Numbered from the stretch's first letter, positions 1 to 14,284 are shown. The stretch: DNA of 64,000 bases from Eutreptiella sp. 'Long Island Sound 2002' (GCA_964036045.1 OZ038378.1:10292001-10356000); one strand, 5' to 3'. Numbers and translations are program-made. The notes: generated from the letters alone by a model not told the origin.

Positions 1-708
1 TTTTCACGGACATGCGTGACCTCCATGTACAGAGCAGAAGGAGGAAGAGAGAAGAAATGAAATGAAATGAAATGAGTCTGCAAGACGCCTTTCCTCCCAA
101 GTGCCCCCAAAATGGCCCTGTTACAAAAATATTGTTCCTTGCCCTCCCAAGCCCAAACACAATATGCAAAATGCAATAGGGCACTTTGGTGTGAGTTGTG
201 CTAGAGTGCACTTTCGATGAACGCGCAACTTCGATTTTGGGATTCCTACCCAAACAGGATGTGGCAATCGTTCTCCAAAACCATGAGGTTTGCACTTCCT
301 ACTTTGGGTGTTCATAGGTATATTCAAGTACAAGTTTGGAGACGGCAGGATATTACACATGCTTCTCTTGCTGCTTTCTCCTGTTGTACAGAGGCAGTGG
401 GTGGGTTTGGGTTGGTTTCCTATCTAGTGGGATTTGCTGAATGTGCGCCCAATGCAACAACTTTGCCCACTAGCTATGTGTCATATCTCCCACACCATCA
501 CTGGCATGCAAGATGTGCACATGTTCAAATGCCACACTCAAATATATCACCTAGGTGTGCACACATTGACAACAAAAACCATTTTTCATCCTTTGCGGAG
601 GCTTCCTCGTGCCCACACAAACTCAGGTACATGAGGCCAAAGTCCATTAGCTATACCTAATTTGCCCGTGGGCTCAAGTCAACAAAAGGCCCATTTTCAC
701 AAGTGGTA

Positions 709-898
709 AAGTGCACGCGAGGCAGAGTGCCTTGGTTTGGATGCCCCTCCCAACCGCCATGCCCCAAGTGGGTGAAATACCCAGCAAAACATGACCCCTA
801 GCACGCGAGCCCCATCCCCATAGCAGCTTACAAACGAGCCCTGCCGCTCATGGGGCCAAGTGCACGCGAGGCAGAGCGCGCTAGTTTGGATGCCCCTC
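709..898. repeat. Two ~41-bp direct repeats (709..749, 858..898), period 149 bp
   Basis: AAGTGCACGCGAGGCAGAG-N7-GTTTGGATGCCCCTC occurs twice. Confidence 0.8.
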
Positions 899-1036
899 AC
901 AAGAAAGGAAAGGAACGAAGGAATGCACATCAAGGAGCATGCACACCACTCCGGATTCCCATGCAGAGGGCAGGTGAAATGCGCGTTAGATGAATCACCT
1001 AATCACCTATAGGTCTTGCAAGGGGTGGAGTCTACT

Positions 1037-1692
1037 CCACCCACACCCACACCCACCCACACCCACACCCACCCACACCCACACCCACACCCAAACCCAC
1101 ACCCACACCCACACCCACACCCACACCCACACCCACACCCACACCCACACCCACACCCACCCCCACCCCCACCCCCACCCCCACCCACACCCACCCACAC
1201 CCACCCACACCCACACCCACACCCACACCCACATCCACACCCACACCCACACCCACACCCACACCCACACCCACACCCACACCCACACCCACACCCAGCC
1301 ACCCCCACCCCCACCCCCACCCACACCCACCCACACCCACCCACACCCACACCCACACCCACACCCACACCCACACCCACACCCACACCCACACCCACAC
1401 CCACACCCACACCCACACCCACACCCACACCCACACCCCCACCCACACCCACACCCACACCCACACCCACACCCACCCCCACCCCCACCCCCACCCCCAC
1501 CCCCACCCCCAACCCCACCCCCACCCACACCCACACCCACACCCACACCCACACCCACACCCACACCCACACCCACACCCACCCACACGCACACGCACAC
1601 GCACACACACACGCACACGCACACGCACACGCACACGCACACGCACACACACACACACACACACCACACACACACACACACACAGACACCAC
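1037..1692 (+). repeat. (CCCACA)n hexamer microsatellite grading into (CACACG)n and (CA)n
   Basis: About 90 CCCACA/CCCACC units read directly. The His/Pro/Thr and Gly/Val/Cys ORFs here are translation artefacts. Confidence 0.97.
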
Positions 1693-4600
1693 ACGCACAC
1701 TCATACTTGCAATGATGCAAGAAAGTCCCAAAAATGCAGAGGCGGACAACATTCCCCTGATGGCAACAAAATTCAGAGTTGGTGTTGCGTCATTGTAGTG
1801 CATGTTTACGCCAAGCAAGTAGCATGCCGCACTGTGCAGAGTTTGGATTGATTGGGTGGTGACACGTGTTATCGGTGCAAAAAGCACAGAGAATGACAAG
1901 AATTCAATAAGCCCCAAGTAGCAATAAAAAATTAATTTGTCCCCAAACCCTCGAGCAAAATTGACCAACAAGTAGAAGCTCAGATGCAGTCCAACTTTAG
2001 TCCCACCAATGGGCAAAGCACATCCAAGGACAAATACACCATACAACAAAAATGCCTACTGAAGTTGAAATGAGAGCAACACAACAAGTTTGAGCTATTT
2101 ATGGGCCCAACACACCCTAGGACACAAATAAAAAGCAAAGATTTCAGCATGATGTGAGTCAGTATTTGCATGCCTTAGTATAATAGACAGTGACGTTCTT
2201 CCTTTTCAAAACCAATACCAAACCATAGAGTGATTTTTCTATGAACAAATGATTACATAAACCCACCAACCTCTACCCTGCTTCCTCGCCTGTATGTTTC
2301 TATTTTGCTACAGGATGTTGCAGAATTTTACCCATCATTGTTTGATTCTGTTTGATGATATCCCGCTCTCAATGGTAGTAAAACGCGCTGTGGTTGGTAC
2401 CAATGTTTTGTCTTCTGCAGAATTGCGCTACAGCCCAATCCCACTTGATTGTCAAAGAAAGAAAAAATTCTTGTCTAGCACGCCGCTCTTGTCTAGCCCA
2501 ACACCCTCAAACCTTGGGGGCTACCTTGAAGACCAAAATTTGTTCAATGGCTTGGGGCAACTACGTTGCATTCCCATTCCGCCGGGCGCGAGGAAAATCC
2601 ATTTCCCCAAAATGCCCTCTGAACGTGGTGATTCAGCCTTTGGCACCAGCCTTCCACTTCCTGTGAGGCCTCAAGCAATGTTGGACTTGAAACACCACTC
2701 AGCTGCGCGCCCTCCGGTAGCTGAATGAGCCAGCGATGGTGACTTTTGTAAAGCGAGACAAAAGAAAATGAGATGAGTGCATCACCAATTCAAAAGTTTG
2801 TTTGTGGACTGGCCAGTGGCTGCCCAGTATGCACTGCAGGAAACGTGGAGGGCTTGTACATCTCGTCTCTCAGTTTGCACGCAACCCACACAGGGACCAC
2901 CATCCAATGCAACAAGGCCAGAAGGCCACTTGCTCTGCAACATGGGTTGAAAAGCATCTTCCGATATGATGGGGCTCAGCCCACATCCCGGCCGGCATCA
3001 CAGTGGCTAGGATGAGGAAATGCCTTGATCCTGCACACTGTGACAGCATCAGGTATTCTAGAATTGTTTTGGTCGAAACAGGCCCAAAAGGTGCTAAAAG
3101 AAGCTTGAGATGCTGTTTGTCGTCTGGGAGGCCACCAGGGCAGGAGCAGGCTTGGACAGACCTTCTGCGGCATTGGCATGCTCTGTGCACTGTACATGCG
3201 TGGCCCCACTTACCACCCCTCACAGCTGTGCGATCTCGAACGCTGATGCAAAGGATATGAGTGCATTGGTATAGCAAAAGTGACTGCATGTGCCCTGCGA
3301 GACAATTAAAATACACAGCTTGAGCACGACCACTTTCTGGATGCTATGGTGCAATATTTTGTGCATATCATGCTTGAGTTGCAGCAGCGGGGGGGGGGGG
3401 GGGATGGCAATCAGGGAGGGTCCAATCCAATCCAATCCAATTGCGAAAAATTTGCGGTGCCGCAACCAAACCTCCCAAAGCCTCAAGGAGCAACACTTCT
3501 GCACTGGTGGCTGAGAATGTTTCTGTGTCTCTTCAAACATGGTCCACAGGTATCACAATTACTGCAGGTGGGCCCTCAATATCACCATGGAATTGAAGCA
3601 TGAACCGAAGGCGGTGGACATTGTCATCCAATTTCCGTTGTCGGTCTTGAGTTCCTACAGAGAACACAGTGTCAGTTGACACCGCGTCTCATCTCTATGT
3701 TGTGCATTCACACGGCAGGCAAAGGGCACCAACAAGCACGCAAGCTGGACGAGCCAAAAGCAATTGCGAAAAGATTGCGAAAAAATGTCAACCGCAATCG
3801 CCCCCCCAACCTGGTGGGCACCCAGGAAGCAACAATACATACGACAAGCCCCCAGCTTGTCTATCCTCTGCTATGCCCTGGTCCGCAAACTGTGTGTTGC
3901 CGCACGCGGCTCGCACAAGGCAGTGCTTGTGCAAGGCAGAGGGCGACCTACCTGAGAGTGCCTCATCTCCAGGGCAAGCATGGGGTGAGTCATGCAGCAG
4001 CACGCTGAGGACGGGGTGTCGTCCCTTGTGCAGTTGAAACGCGGCATCCAGTTCTCTTGCAGAGTCTGTAATAGGCAACACTGCCACCAAACCCGAGGCA
4101 GCGAGTGCGGATGCTTTGCCGACGCGCGATGCAGGGCTGGACGGAGCTGAGTGTGCAGGGGTCGGCACCCCGTGCACAAGTGCTACCCTGGACTCAAGGC
4201 GCTGGAGCTCATGAAAGAATTTCCCGATACTTGGGCCCACAACCACAACCACAGCACCCACAGGCACTGACTGTGGGCGCTTGCAGCACAGCATGGCGAG
4301 GGCAGCGCTCTGTGAATCGACAGGTTGGGGAAGAAGCTGGGTGAGGGAAGTTCACAATGGTGGCTTTCATTTGTATTACAGACTTATGGTGCATGAGCAA
4401 TGCGTTCGCAGCCAAACAAGGGCCGAGCCTGGAGCAGCTGCTTGCGATGTTCAAAAGGATGGAACCTCTGCTCACAAGCAAGCACACGATCACGCCATTG
4501 ATTCAATTTCATGTGTTGCATGTTCTGACAGCTTTTGAAAACAGGGGCCATGACTCCCCTCATTGGCACAATGTGTGCGTGTGTGGTTGTCGAGGTTATG

Positions 4601-5228
4601 GAGTCCATGGACAGGGGGCTGCTGTGCTGGACTGGGCAGACCTGTCATGTCATGCCAGCTTTGGCTGCAATCATACCACTGAGATTTGCATGCCATCAAG
4701 TGCAGGCCGTGCACACGCAACATCTTGGCCTAAACGGATGGTATTGTCCTTTTTTTTTTATTGGAATTCAGCATACACAATTCAACATCGATGGTGTGCT
4801 GTGCGTTCTGTGTTCGTATTGGTGGATAATATGGAGATTATCGGTGTCAGGCCTGAAGAAGAAGATGCACTTGTTCTGATGGGAAGTTTGTGCACAGCAG
4901 GCCCACAACGTGCACACTTCATGCATGGTGCAGGCACAATGCACAATCCCTTGGGCAAAATCCGGGGAATGTTGGGAAATCCAGGTTCTTGGTGAACCTT
5001 CTTCTTGTACTCCATGGAATAACACACTCCCAATATAGGTTCACCCTAAGGGGGAGTACTTGCGCCACGCACTACTGTAGCAGCGGGTACACCCAGAACG
5101 CCCTGATTATACCCCCCACCCAAGTGGCCCCTCAAAAGAGTAAATGCATGAGCCACAACACTTGTGTACACACCCCTCCTTCCCGCAAGTATTGCACAAT
5201 CAAGAGGGCAATACAAACAACTACTCAG

Positions 5229-5900
5229 CTACCAGTTCATCCCCGTGTGTGGGTTTTCAAACAATTGGAGCAATAATATAGGTGACAGACATTGCTCTCC
5301 AAAAGAATTGGAACAATAATTTAGGTGACAGACAATGCTCTCCAAAAGAGAGTCTTTCTTCCAACAACACAAAGCACACACAGCACCATCATCGCCATCA
5401 TCCATCCGATCTCCTCCTGCACAACAACCCATAAGGTTTGTTGTCCAAGGGCCATAAGGAGGGTAGCAATTCTGAAATCGAATACAAAATTGGGTCAAAA
5501 GCAACAATATACAAACATACTTATGAAGGGTTGTCGCGTTGCCCCTCCAAATATTGTGCACTAAACCCCAATGCCACAAATGGCCGAACAAATGTTCTAC
5601 CCTAGCCCTACAGTATCTGTGCACATCATCGCACTCTTGTTGCCTGATTGTCACACTTGGACGCCCAACAAAAGGCACAAAATTGTGCACACGAGCACAA
5701 CATGTCAAACGATGCAACCCCAATGGAATCAATGGGCATGGAATCAACATAGTGGGCAACAAAATATGGGAAGTGTATGGTTCCACTCATCCAATCGATC
5801 CACACACCGAATCTCTTGCACAACTTGACAACCACCCTTGGAGAAAATGGAGCCACGGCCTCAAGGTGCTGGGTGTTTCATCAAAAACATACATGGAAAC
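5229..5900 (-). mobile_element. Decayed DDE transposase relic (Harbinger/IS5/ISL2EU-like, DDE_Tnp_4 type), copy A
   Basis: Translation FVPFVGRP..TIRQQECDDVHRYCRARVEHLFGHLWHWG...QFCIRFQNCYPPYGPW, then a Cys-rich tail (CALCCWKK). RARVEHLFG resembles the third catalytic E motif of this family. Homologous to copy B at 24701. Confidence 0.6.
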
Positions 5901-8594
5901 AAATCTTAATGGAGAGCAGCTCCTCATCTCCATATTTCAACCAAAAGTATGTGCAATTTGGTGCCGCAAGGACTCTAAGCGGGGCCAAGGGGTGTGCCTC
6001 CTTGCTTCCCTCATGGATACTATACGGCATCTCCAAAGTTTTTTCCTCAATTTTCTCATTGAGCAGTTGAATTTCATGTTCGATGAATGTACGGGGAGAA
6101 CATTGCACCTTCTGTTTTTTGCTCTTCCCTTTCTCTCGAAGGGCAGAAGCAGGTTGAGACAAGGTTGTCCTTAAGAAGAAAAAAAGAACTACTAAACGCC
6201 AATATAAATGAACATTCATCAGGACACTCTCGACTTCGTGAACATGGGACCTTCTCTTCTTCACTGATACCATTGCCTCCAAATTTCAATTCTTGACTAC
6301 CTTTGTGCCATTCTCCATCTAATTCACTCTCTTCTACATTTTAAGATTTGTTTCTACCATTGCTCTTTGTTTACCCCCCCCCCCCAACTCCTCAATTTCA
6401 TTGCCACATTACATGGAAACATTCCATAATACAAATACCAAAGTGTTTGCTTCAACTTAATGCATACAATTCCCAAGCAAGACACAAGAGCACAAAAACA
6501 ATATTGAACAATGGCTGCCAGTCACCAACAATCATCCTTTTTGATGTACAATTGGTGAAAGTGTGTTTGCTGCTTGAACAACTGAGCCTTGTTGCCATGC
6601 ACTAGCAAAATATGCTTCCGATAAATTGCCTCAAACTCACACACAATCCAATTATAAAGAGTATTGCCTTGCGGAGCGTTTGTCATGGCAACATCTACAA
6701 TGTACCTAAACTGCATGGGGTTATCCCCTTGAGCCTCATTCCCCCATTCCCCGTGGGGTAGGGGCAGGGGGAGAGGCATTGGTAGAGTTAAGTGCAATAG
6801 CTTGCAGGGGCTCTTTCTGGGCCTCACTCTCCTATGATTCCTCAAGGAACCCATACATATCTTAACGACGTACAAGACCGAAACCTCTACAAATACCGTA
6901 TCTACTCTAGAGCGGCAAGGAGGCATGGCCAAATCATGATTTACGCAAAACACCATCAAACCGCCATCCTCGAGCTTAACATCATCTGGTTGCTTCCGCT
7001 GTCACGCCTAAAGGGTGCGCCGTGGAGGACATTAAAAATATCATGCACACACCAACACTCGAGTGTGGTAACATTACAACGGATCCATAGCACTTCACAC
7101 CTCTACTCCATGGGTTAACGAAAATCGTTACGTCGGTGAAAACATGTTCACAAGCGACTACCTAGCTAGGCACTGCTTGCTCATCAACCCATTATTCGCG
7201 AAAGAGTGTAGCTCCCTCGGATTGGGCAGCACACCATATCCACCTCAACACTACACTCCCGACAACCAAAGAGAATATTGTCCACAAAAAAACCAAGTCG
7301 CATGCGCATCACATTCACTACACCACACAATACATCAATTGTAGCCCCATTGCTTGTCTGCGCATGTTTACTGTTAGCACACAGGATACAAAATGCATCG
7401 TAGAACAATGCGGCACTCCGTTTGAATAGGGGGTGATCAAAAGCTTGTTTGGAGCATCGAAAGACAATGCTACTATGGCCCAGCCCCTTCAGCTTGAATC
7501 AGCTCGGCGACCCATTTGACCTAGTGCACGCTACAATAGAATGGCGGTAACCTCAAGCTTTTCCAACAAAAATTTTGCCCACGGAAGGTAAAGCCCTCAA
7601 GGTACAAGTAGAAGCCACTGCCGACCTCAAAGCCCAACCTCAGCGATGCACTGGGTCACCATTCACAAGAATGCTACAAAAATAGCACGTGTTAGGCCGC
7701 AACACGTGCCTTCATCATATTTGAGTATGATGCAATGAACAATAATCTCATAAAGTACATTGATTGTCCAACCATTGCAACAAATCAATCAGAAACCTAC
7801 AGATACAAAAGCTGCGGCCACTTCTCACACTTCAAGACACATCAGCGCTATTTTTTGCAGTTGGTGTGGGCACGCTTCGGACAAGCGCTCCAAAAGACAC
7901 CTTCAAACTTTTGATGGTTCACAATCGAGCAAAAAATGTGAGAGTCTGCAAACAACTCAGTCTTTCAAGCGATACCTAGCTGGGGGGACAAAAGTAGGAT
8001 TGGCAATTCAACGCTTGCCGTCTCAACAACTCATGGGCAAAGTGGCCATATAACCCCGTGTTCGATTTTTTCCGGTTCAAGGGCTGGGGGGCTTGAGGAC
8101 AGCGGAGGCTAGAGGCTACTGCTTGATGATACCGATCCTCTACAGGCCAGTGAAGTCTTATCACAGTATAGTGCCAAGTTGTGAACTGAACTTGGTGCAC
8201 CGACAGGTGGTAGCACTGGTAATATGCACGGAGTGTGAGAAATTGCGCCGTTTGGGGGCATAAATACCTGAAATTGTATTCATGGGAACAGTGGATTTCA
8301 AACACTTGATGGCTCGCAACATCTTTGTGTAACGAGTTGGTTTTAGGCCACATGCAGCCAAGTGCCAACCGCTCCCCGCGGGGCCAAACCGCCTGCATGA
8401 TGTTGGCCTGCACAGTGCACGCCAAGAGGGGGTCAGCATGTGTGCTGCCGGATCCGAATAAACATTGCAAAGCTGCGTATCTAAATTACAAATCCCACGT
8501 ATCTGGTGCCTGTAAAAATTTGCCCCTAGGTGAGGACTTCACCGTTCTCGCGCTCTTGTGCAAGCTGTCTCGTGGCACTGAAAGGTTTTCAAAA

Positions 8595-9420
8595 TTTTGA
8601 CTTTGTTCGAAACCCTTCTGTCGCCCCTGGGATGGGTATGATTGATCATTTGGTGACAGGACGGGTACTTCAGCACACGTAGTGGCCGGTAGGCCCATGT
8701 AGCTCGAGCCATGTGCCCCCCAATAGCCCCAAAAATGCTGTTGTGTAGGCTGCCTAATAACGCTTGAAAAGTTTTCAAAACTCTATTCTTTTGAGAGCTC
8801 TTCTTGTCGCCCCTGGGATGGGTGTGGGTGATAATTTGGTGACAACATGGATACTTGAGCACAGATGGGGACACATGTGGTGGCCAATGGGCATTTGAAA
8901 ATTTTTTAAAATTCGAATTTTTGCAAAACCCTTTGGTCGCCTCTGGGATGGGTTTGGGTGATGATTTGGTGACACGACGGGTACTTGAGCACCCATGGGG
9001 ACCCACGTAGTGGCTGCCGGGCCCATGTGCCCGAGCCATGGCCCCCCTGAAAAGCCTTAAAATTGCTCCTTGTAGGCGGGTTAGTGGCACCCGATGTGCG
9101 CAAAAGCAGTTTTCCACCCCGTGCAACTCAAAAATGGACATTCTTCAAATAATTTCTTTCAATATTTGACCTTTCACAATGATCAAATATCCTATGTAAA
9201 GCATGTTTTAGACACTCTTTTTAAGTTTTTCACCTTATTCGTGTGTTTGGAGAGCCGGTGGGGGGGGGGGGTCACGGGGGCTGGGGCACAGCTTGCTTAT
9301 GTGGTTTTCCACCCTCTGCAACTCAAAAATGTAAATTTCTGAAACCACTTTTTTGTATATTTTCTGACCATTCATAATGATCAAATATCCTACATAATGC
9401 ATGTTTTGGACCCTCTTTGT
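8595..9420. repeat. Degenerate repeat block: 3 x (GTCGCCYCTGGGATGGGT..ATTTGGTGACA..TACTTSAGCAC) then 2 x ~110-bp (TTTTCCACCC..GCAACTCAAAAATG..ATGATCAAATATCCTA)
   Basis: Core motifs recur near 8620, 8806 and 8936, then near 9110 and 9304. Confidence 0.75.
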
Positions 9421-10696
9421 GTGTTTTTACCTTGTTTGGGTGTTTGGACTGGGGTAGGAGGCTTCTGAATGACTTCGTGACTTGATTGATTGATTGATTG
9501 ACTGATTGTGCTCCCTGCCTCTTCGGGGTGCCTTGCCGATTGGCAATAAATTTTCCACATCCCTCGATCAGCAACCAAATCCCTACTACCATAAAAATAT
9601 GGGGTTGTTGTGTGGTGCTACACAAAAAGTGTGCACACTATGCACCGTGCACCGTGTGCCATGCCCCTATTTTGTCGCTCTTGCCCTCACCCGTGCCAAT
9701 AGCTTCACGTGATTTGCCTCCGTCTCATGTGAGTTTTGCGCCATGATTGTTATCCTGGGAGGTTGAGTATGTGGCTTGGGGGCCCCAAGCCATGGGTCCC
9801 CAATCCAATGGGGTGTATCATTCGGGTCTTTTCCAAGTCCCCAAAGGGGTGGGAGGCCTACATAACCACTGCCTTCAGGTTCACCATAGTGGATTTTCAT
9901 ACCCTTGTGTATTTTTCCGACCTCAGGGATTTTTTCTACCCTTGTGGGGTTCTCAAACACAATGGATTTTGTGCATCCTTGTGGGTTTTCCCCACCCTGT
10001 GGACTTTTCCCATCCTCCTTCTTGTGTTCACCTTGACCTACTAGTGGAGGGAACTATATGTCGTCCGGCCTGGGTACTGGCTAGACATACAGGTGCTTGG
10101 TGTGGGAAGACATGTACGGGCCGGACTATGGGCGCTTGGTCGGGCCACATGGCTAAATCTGTACGCCGCACAGACGCCACGCTAGGTGCTCCCCGAAGGC
10201 ACTTGCAAAGGCACACCACATTTGAGGTATGCACCACAGTCTTGGGCTCCCTCATGGTCCTTTGTGAACCACTTGGGAGTTTCAACTTTCAGGGTGCTGA
10301 TCATCGGGTTGGCATTGCAAACCAAGTCTTGGGAATTGGCCATAGTGAGGGATGGCGTGGTCATTGAATCTCAAGTGGGAGCTTTTCCCGCATTTTGAGC
10401 TTGGAGGACGATTAAATTGCATCCTAGCCAAACTTGTCACTTTTCTTACAGCACATCAGTTTGCCTATTGGAAAGCATCGGACCGGCACATAGGCACTAC
10501 AACATGGTGCGTGACATGCAACACATGTACACGTGTACTGACACTAGGTTCGGCCGCATTGCTGCCACAACATAAGTGTTTCTTTCAGCTAGAGGCAAAG
10601 AGCACGGCTCATCATTGTTATTTGCGGCACAATTTAGTTTTGCCGGAAAAGCTCTTAAGCATAGGCCCCAAGGACCTGTTTTACAAAGGCTATGTC

Positions 10697-11130
10697 ACCA
10701 GCTATGACACCTTGCCCACATGTGGGCCTCCGAGACGGCAAGGCTCTTGTAGCCACTTGTGATTTGGTTCCTGTGCCAAGCATTGGGGACCCCCGAGACG
10801 GTAGGGGTTATGTAGCCACGTCACCCATATGTGGGCACTAGAGACAACAGGGTTCATGTAGCCACTTCTAACTTTGGTCCCCCAGTCTTGGCGATGGGAA
10901 CCCCCCAAACGGCAGGGTTTATGTATCCACTGTGCCTAAATGAGACAACAAGGGTTAAGTAGCCACTTTGCCCACACGTGCGCCCCTCAGCCGGCAAGCG
11001 TTAAGTAGCCACTTGTGATTTACTCCCCGTGCTGGGCAATGGGGACCCCCGAGATGGCGGGACGTATGTAGCCACGTGCCTACACATGGGCTCCTGAGAC
11101 GGCAGAGGTTGAGTAACCACTTCTGATTTT
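10697..11130. repeat. Degenerate higher-order minisatellite anchored on GTAGCCAC
   Basis: GTAGCCAC or a 1-mismatch variant at 10749, 10812, 10858, 10923, 10959, 11005, 11068 and 11113. Confidence 0.8.
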
Positions 11131-14100
11131 GTATGTGCGCTGAGCACCGGGGGCCCCCCAGACGGCAGATTGTTGTGTCTCCTCTGCCACATTCTGCACC
11201 ACATTGTGCACGGCCATTCCAGGGAACGCAATCCTAATCATGACACAACCGCTCTTGAAGATTCTCGAACCCTTTCATGTGCACCTGCATGACTCACACC
11301 CGTTTTATGACTCCGCTGCACACTGTCCAAGTCCGGATGTGGCATGGCTTGGGCAACGTTCCTCCAAATGGCTCGTGACGTGGACTGAGAGGAGGGGCGC
11401 ACTGCACCCTGCACACCACACATGCAGGGCTCCGACATGCTGGAGCGTCTGTGGGTGCAGATCCTCCGTGACAGTGCTAACAGGCTCTCCTTCCTGGGTC
11501 AAAGTCTGACTCTGAGCGGACAACCAAGTGAAGCCCCCACCTTCCCTTTGGGGCAACGGGTTTCACTGCCGCCCCTCAAATCGCTGTTGTAGCAGTACGG
11601 CCACGGCCTGCTTTGGTTTATGACGGGCATTCTAGAGAGGCAGGCTGTGCCGAGGTATGGCACGCACCTGCTGGCACCAGACACCGCAGTACAATGCTGT
11701 GACATCGTCAAAAACGCCTCATCATGAACCAGGGCTGGCAGCGCCACTGGCTGTGCGCATTGGTCCAGGAGGGGCAAGGAATAAATGGGTCTGGGTCAGG
11801 GGATGAACGCTAGCATTCCGCTGCTGATTCCACAGCAATGCAGTCGAGGGGATCATCCTTGTATATCCTTGTATCTACGGCCCTAATCGCAAGAGGTAGT
11901 TGGATCACGGGGGTGTCAACGTCCAACTTGGCTCATGTTTATCTCATTGGTGATCGCAGCCATCATCAGATCAAAGAGTAGTAGTGGGATCGCCCGGCAA
12001 TACGTCAATATCTGTCTCCTCACGACACTGGCAACCGGGTGTCTCGAAACATGGCCAGCATGGGAGACCACTCAAAAATTTTTGACGCTGTGGGCGATAG
12101 ACGTCTCTTTCGCGAGGCGCCTCACAACGGAAGCGGGGGATACACGCATGCGGAACCAGACGTATCTTGTATGCCTTTCAATTCCAGTCCCATGACCGGG
12201 CCCTTGCGCGGCACACCCCAGGCTGAGGAAACGAGTCAATGTGTCTTCTGGTTTGTGCAGGACCGAGTCCGAAAAGTCCGACGAATCGGGCGAATCAGGG
12301 GACTTCGGCCAACTTCAGGGGTGGGGTGGGGGTGGGGCTGCACGTCGTCCGCTCAGTGATGTACAGGGCCCAGAAAAGTCCCCCGGTTCTGCGCTCAACC
12401 TGTTGCTCGTGCCGCTCTTGACCGTGTATGTTTCGTCGTCTGGTGCATGGTGCCTCCGAGCTCGGCGGGCTGTCCGCGGCACTGGACTTGTGGCGGCCGT
12501 TGTGCTCGGGTTTCCAAATGGCAGGACGGTTCCTCTGGGGCGATTGGGAGCGTCACAAAGTGACCGTTCCCAGACCCCCTCCAATGCCGTCGCCCTGCAT
12601 GTGCACCAGGACCCCCACCCACTCAGTGCGGCTGGTACAGTCCGGAGGGTATTCGTTGCCCCACCGGAGCGCAAACAGCGATGTGCTGTGCCATGACGGC
12701 GCACTGCTCCAGCACGTAGTACACACACTTCATCATCCACCGCATCAGTGTCACATGCCACAGACTCGGCCGCCCTTCGGATCTGGAGGTCCCCCTGTCC
12801 CCATGACGTCTCGGTCCGTGGGACGCGGTCCTCCCGCTGAGAAACTGCCAGTACCGTTCAGAATGCTCTGCAGTTCAAAGGTTCGAGCAAAGCCCCCACC
12901 CCCGGTCTCAGCTATGCCCAGGTCCCAAACGACTACGGCCCTAGGGAGGGGTGGCTTTGACGAGGTGCGACGCAGAGCAATACCCATCTGTCCAGAATGG
13001 GACTGGCTGGGCTGGACTGTCACGCTCAATGACATTGTGCCTGCCCTCTACCCTCCTCCTTCACCTCAGGTCATTTGGTCGTTATGACCGGTGCAAGCGT
13101 GCAGCGACGGGGCAAGCCTGTACCTGAAAGGGGAGAGAGGTCCACCCTCCCCTTCCGGAGGTGGCGGCCCGTTCGGCCCCAACCTTCTGTGCCCCCCGAC
13201 TTCCCTCCAACCCCTTTGTGACCGTCGGAGCTTCAAACCCGACCGCTTTTCGAACCCCCCTCCACTTTTGCACCGCTGAAGCATACACAAGGCCATGCAG
13301 GAGTCGAACTGCTGCTCAAACTCCAGCAAACCGCCTGTTTGTCCTCGAACTCTGGTGCTGGGCACGGTCTGCCCGTGCTTGTGCGGCGTATTTGGGCGGG
13401 GGTTGGGGATACCGCCCGGCTGCTGTGCCATCTGCTGTGCCTTGAACAAGCGGTGCTGCGCTTGGGAGGCCACCCATCGAAGGTGGACTGCAGGTGGGCG
13501 CGGCTCTTTCAATGTGGCGTGAGGGCCTACGGCAACTTGCGAAGGCTACGCTGCAACATAGGCCCGACTTGCCGCTGGCGCTAGGCTAATGGATGCGCTA
13601 CCAGTAGCATTCGGTAGGATCCTAAGCCCAGGCCCGCGCATCAACGCGCGGGCAATACCCAGGGCGGACGTCCAGGGAAGGCCGCCCGATGACGCCCCAC
13701 ATCGAGCCCCTCTGACCACGGCAGGAAAATGTGTCCCTATTTGACAGACCTCGAGGAAGCAAAACCCATCATCAATGCGGCGGAACAGGCGCCCCCATTG
13801 CGTTCGGTGTATGCCCCCCTGCAGTCTCCTGAGGGTAAGACACCAATGCCCCCTTCCACTACAAAGAGCTCATGCAGGCGCTCAGGGGGCAGGCAATGAT
13901 GCCTCAACGTCCGGCGGTGCGTGACATCCGCACAGTCAAGAGACGTCTCCATTGTCACAATCCGGAACCGTAATGCACCCGCCAAACACCGCAGCTCTAC
14001 AAAGCCCACTCCAGTCGTCTCTCGTCCGTCCATTCTTCTCGGGGGTACATAGCGCAAGCACTTGTCCAAAGGGCAGGATTCAGCCCGTGTCAAACAACTG

Positions 14101-14284
14101 CCTGCTTTGCTTAGCCGACCACTGCCCCCCCCTCCCCCCGGGCGGCAAGGCAAGGGTTAGAAAGGGGGAGGAGTGGGCGTGGGGGATGGGGGGCGAAAGA
14201 CGGAACGCAGCGAAGACGGTGTCCTCGTTGGATGTGTGTATCCTGCAGTACGATGCCCTTTGTATGACCTGCGTTTGTTCTCTG

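Noticed and set aside
990-2049. Long ORFs of 222-348 aa rich in H/P/T or G/V/C
   Set aside because: They are stop-free translations of the CCCACA/CA microsatellite. The same applies to ORFs over the other (CA)n, G-run and TTGGCGG tracts.
2294-4995. Protein-like fragments; possible KDZ/Zisupton-type transposase relic (AIIPLRFACHQ..HLGLNG)
   Set aside because: Motif matches are too loose, with many stops and frameshifts. A frameshift-aware profile search is needed.
10697-11130. CRISPR-like repeat/spacer appearance
   Set aside because: The anchor is only 8 bp, the spacers are homologous to each other, there are no cas genes, and the context is eukaryotic.
11500-14150. Patchy minus-strand coding-like frames
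   Set aside because: No recognisable domain and no consistent splice model. Probably a decayed element, but it cannot be supported.
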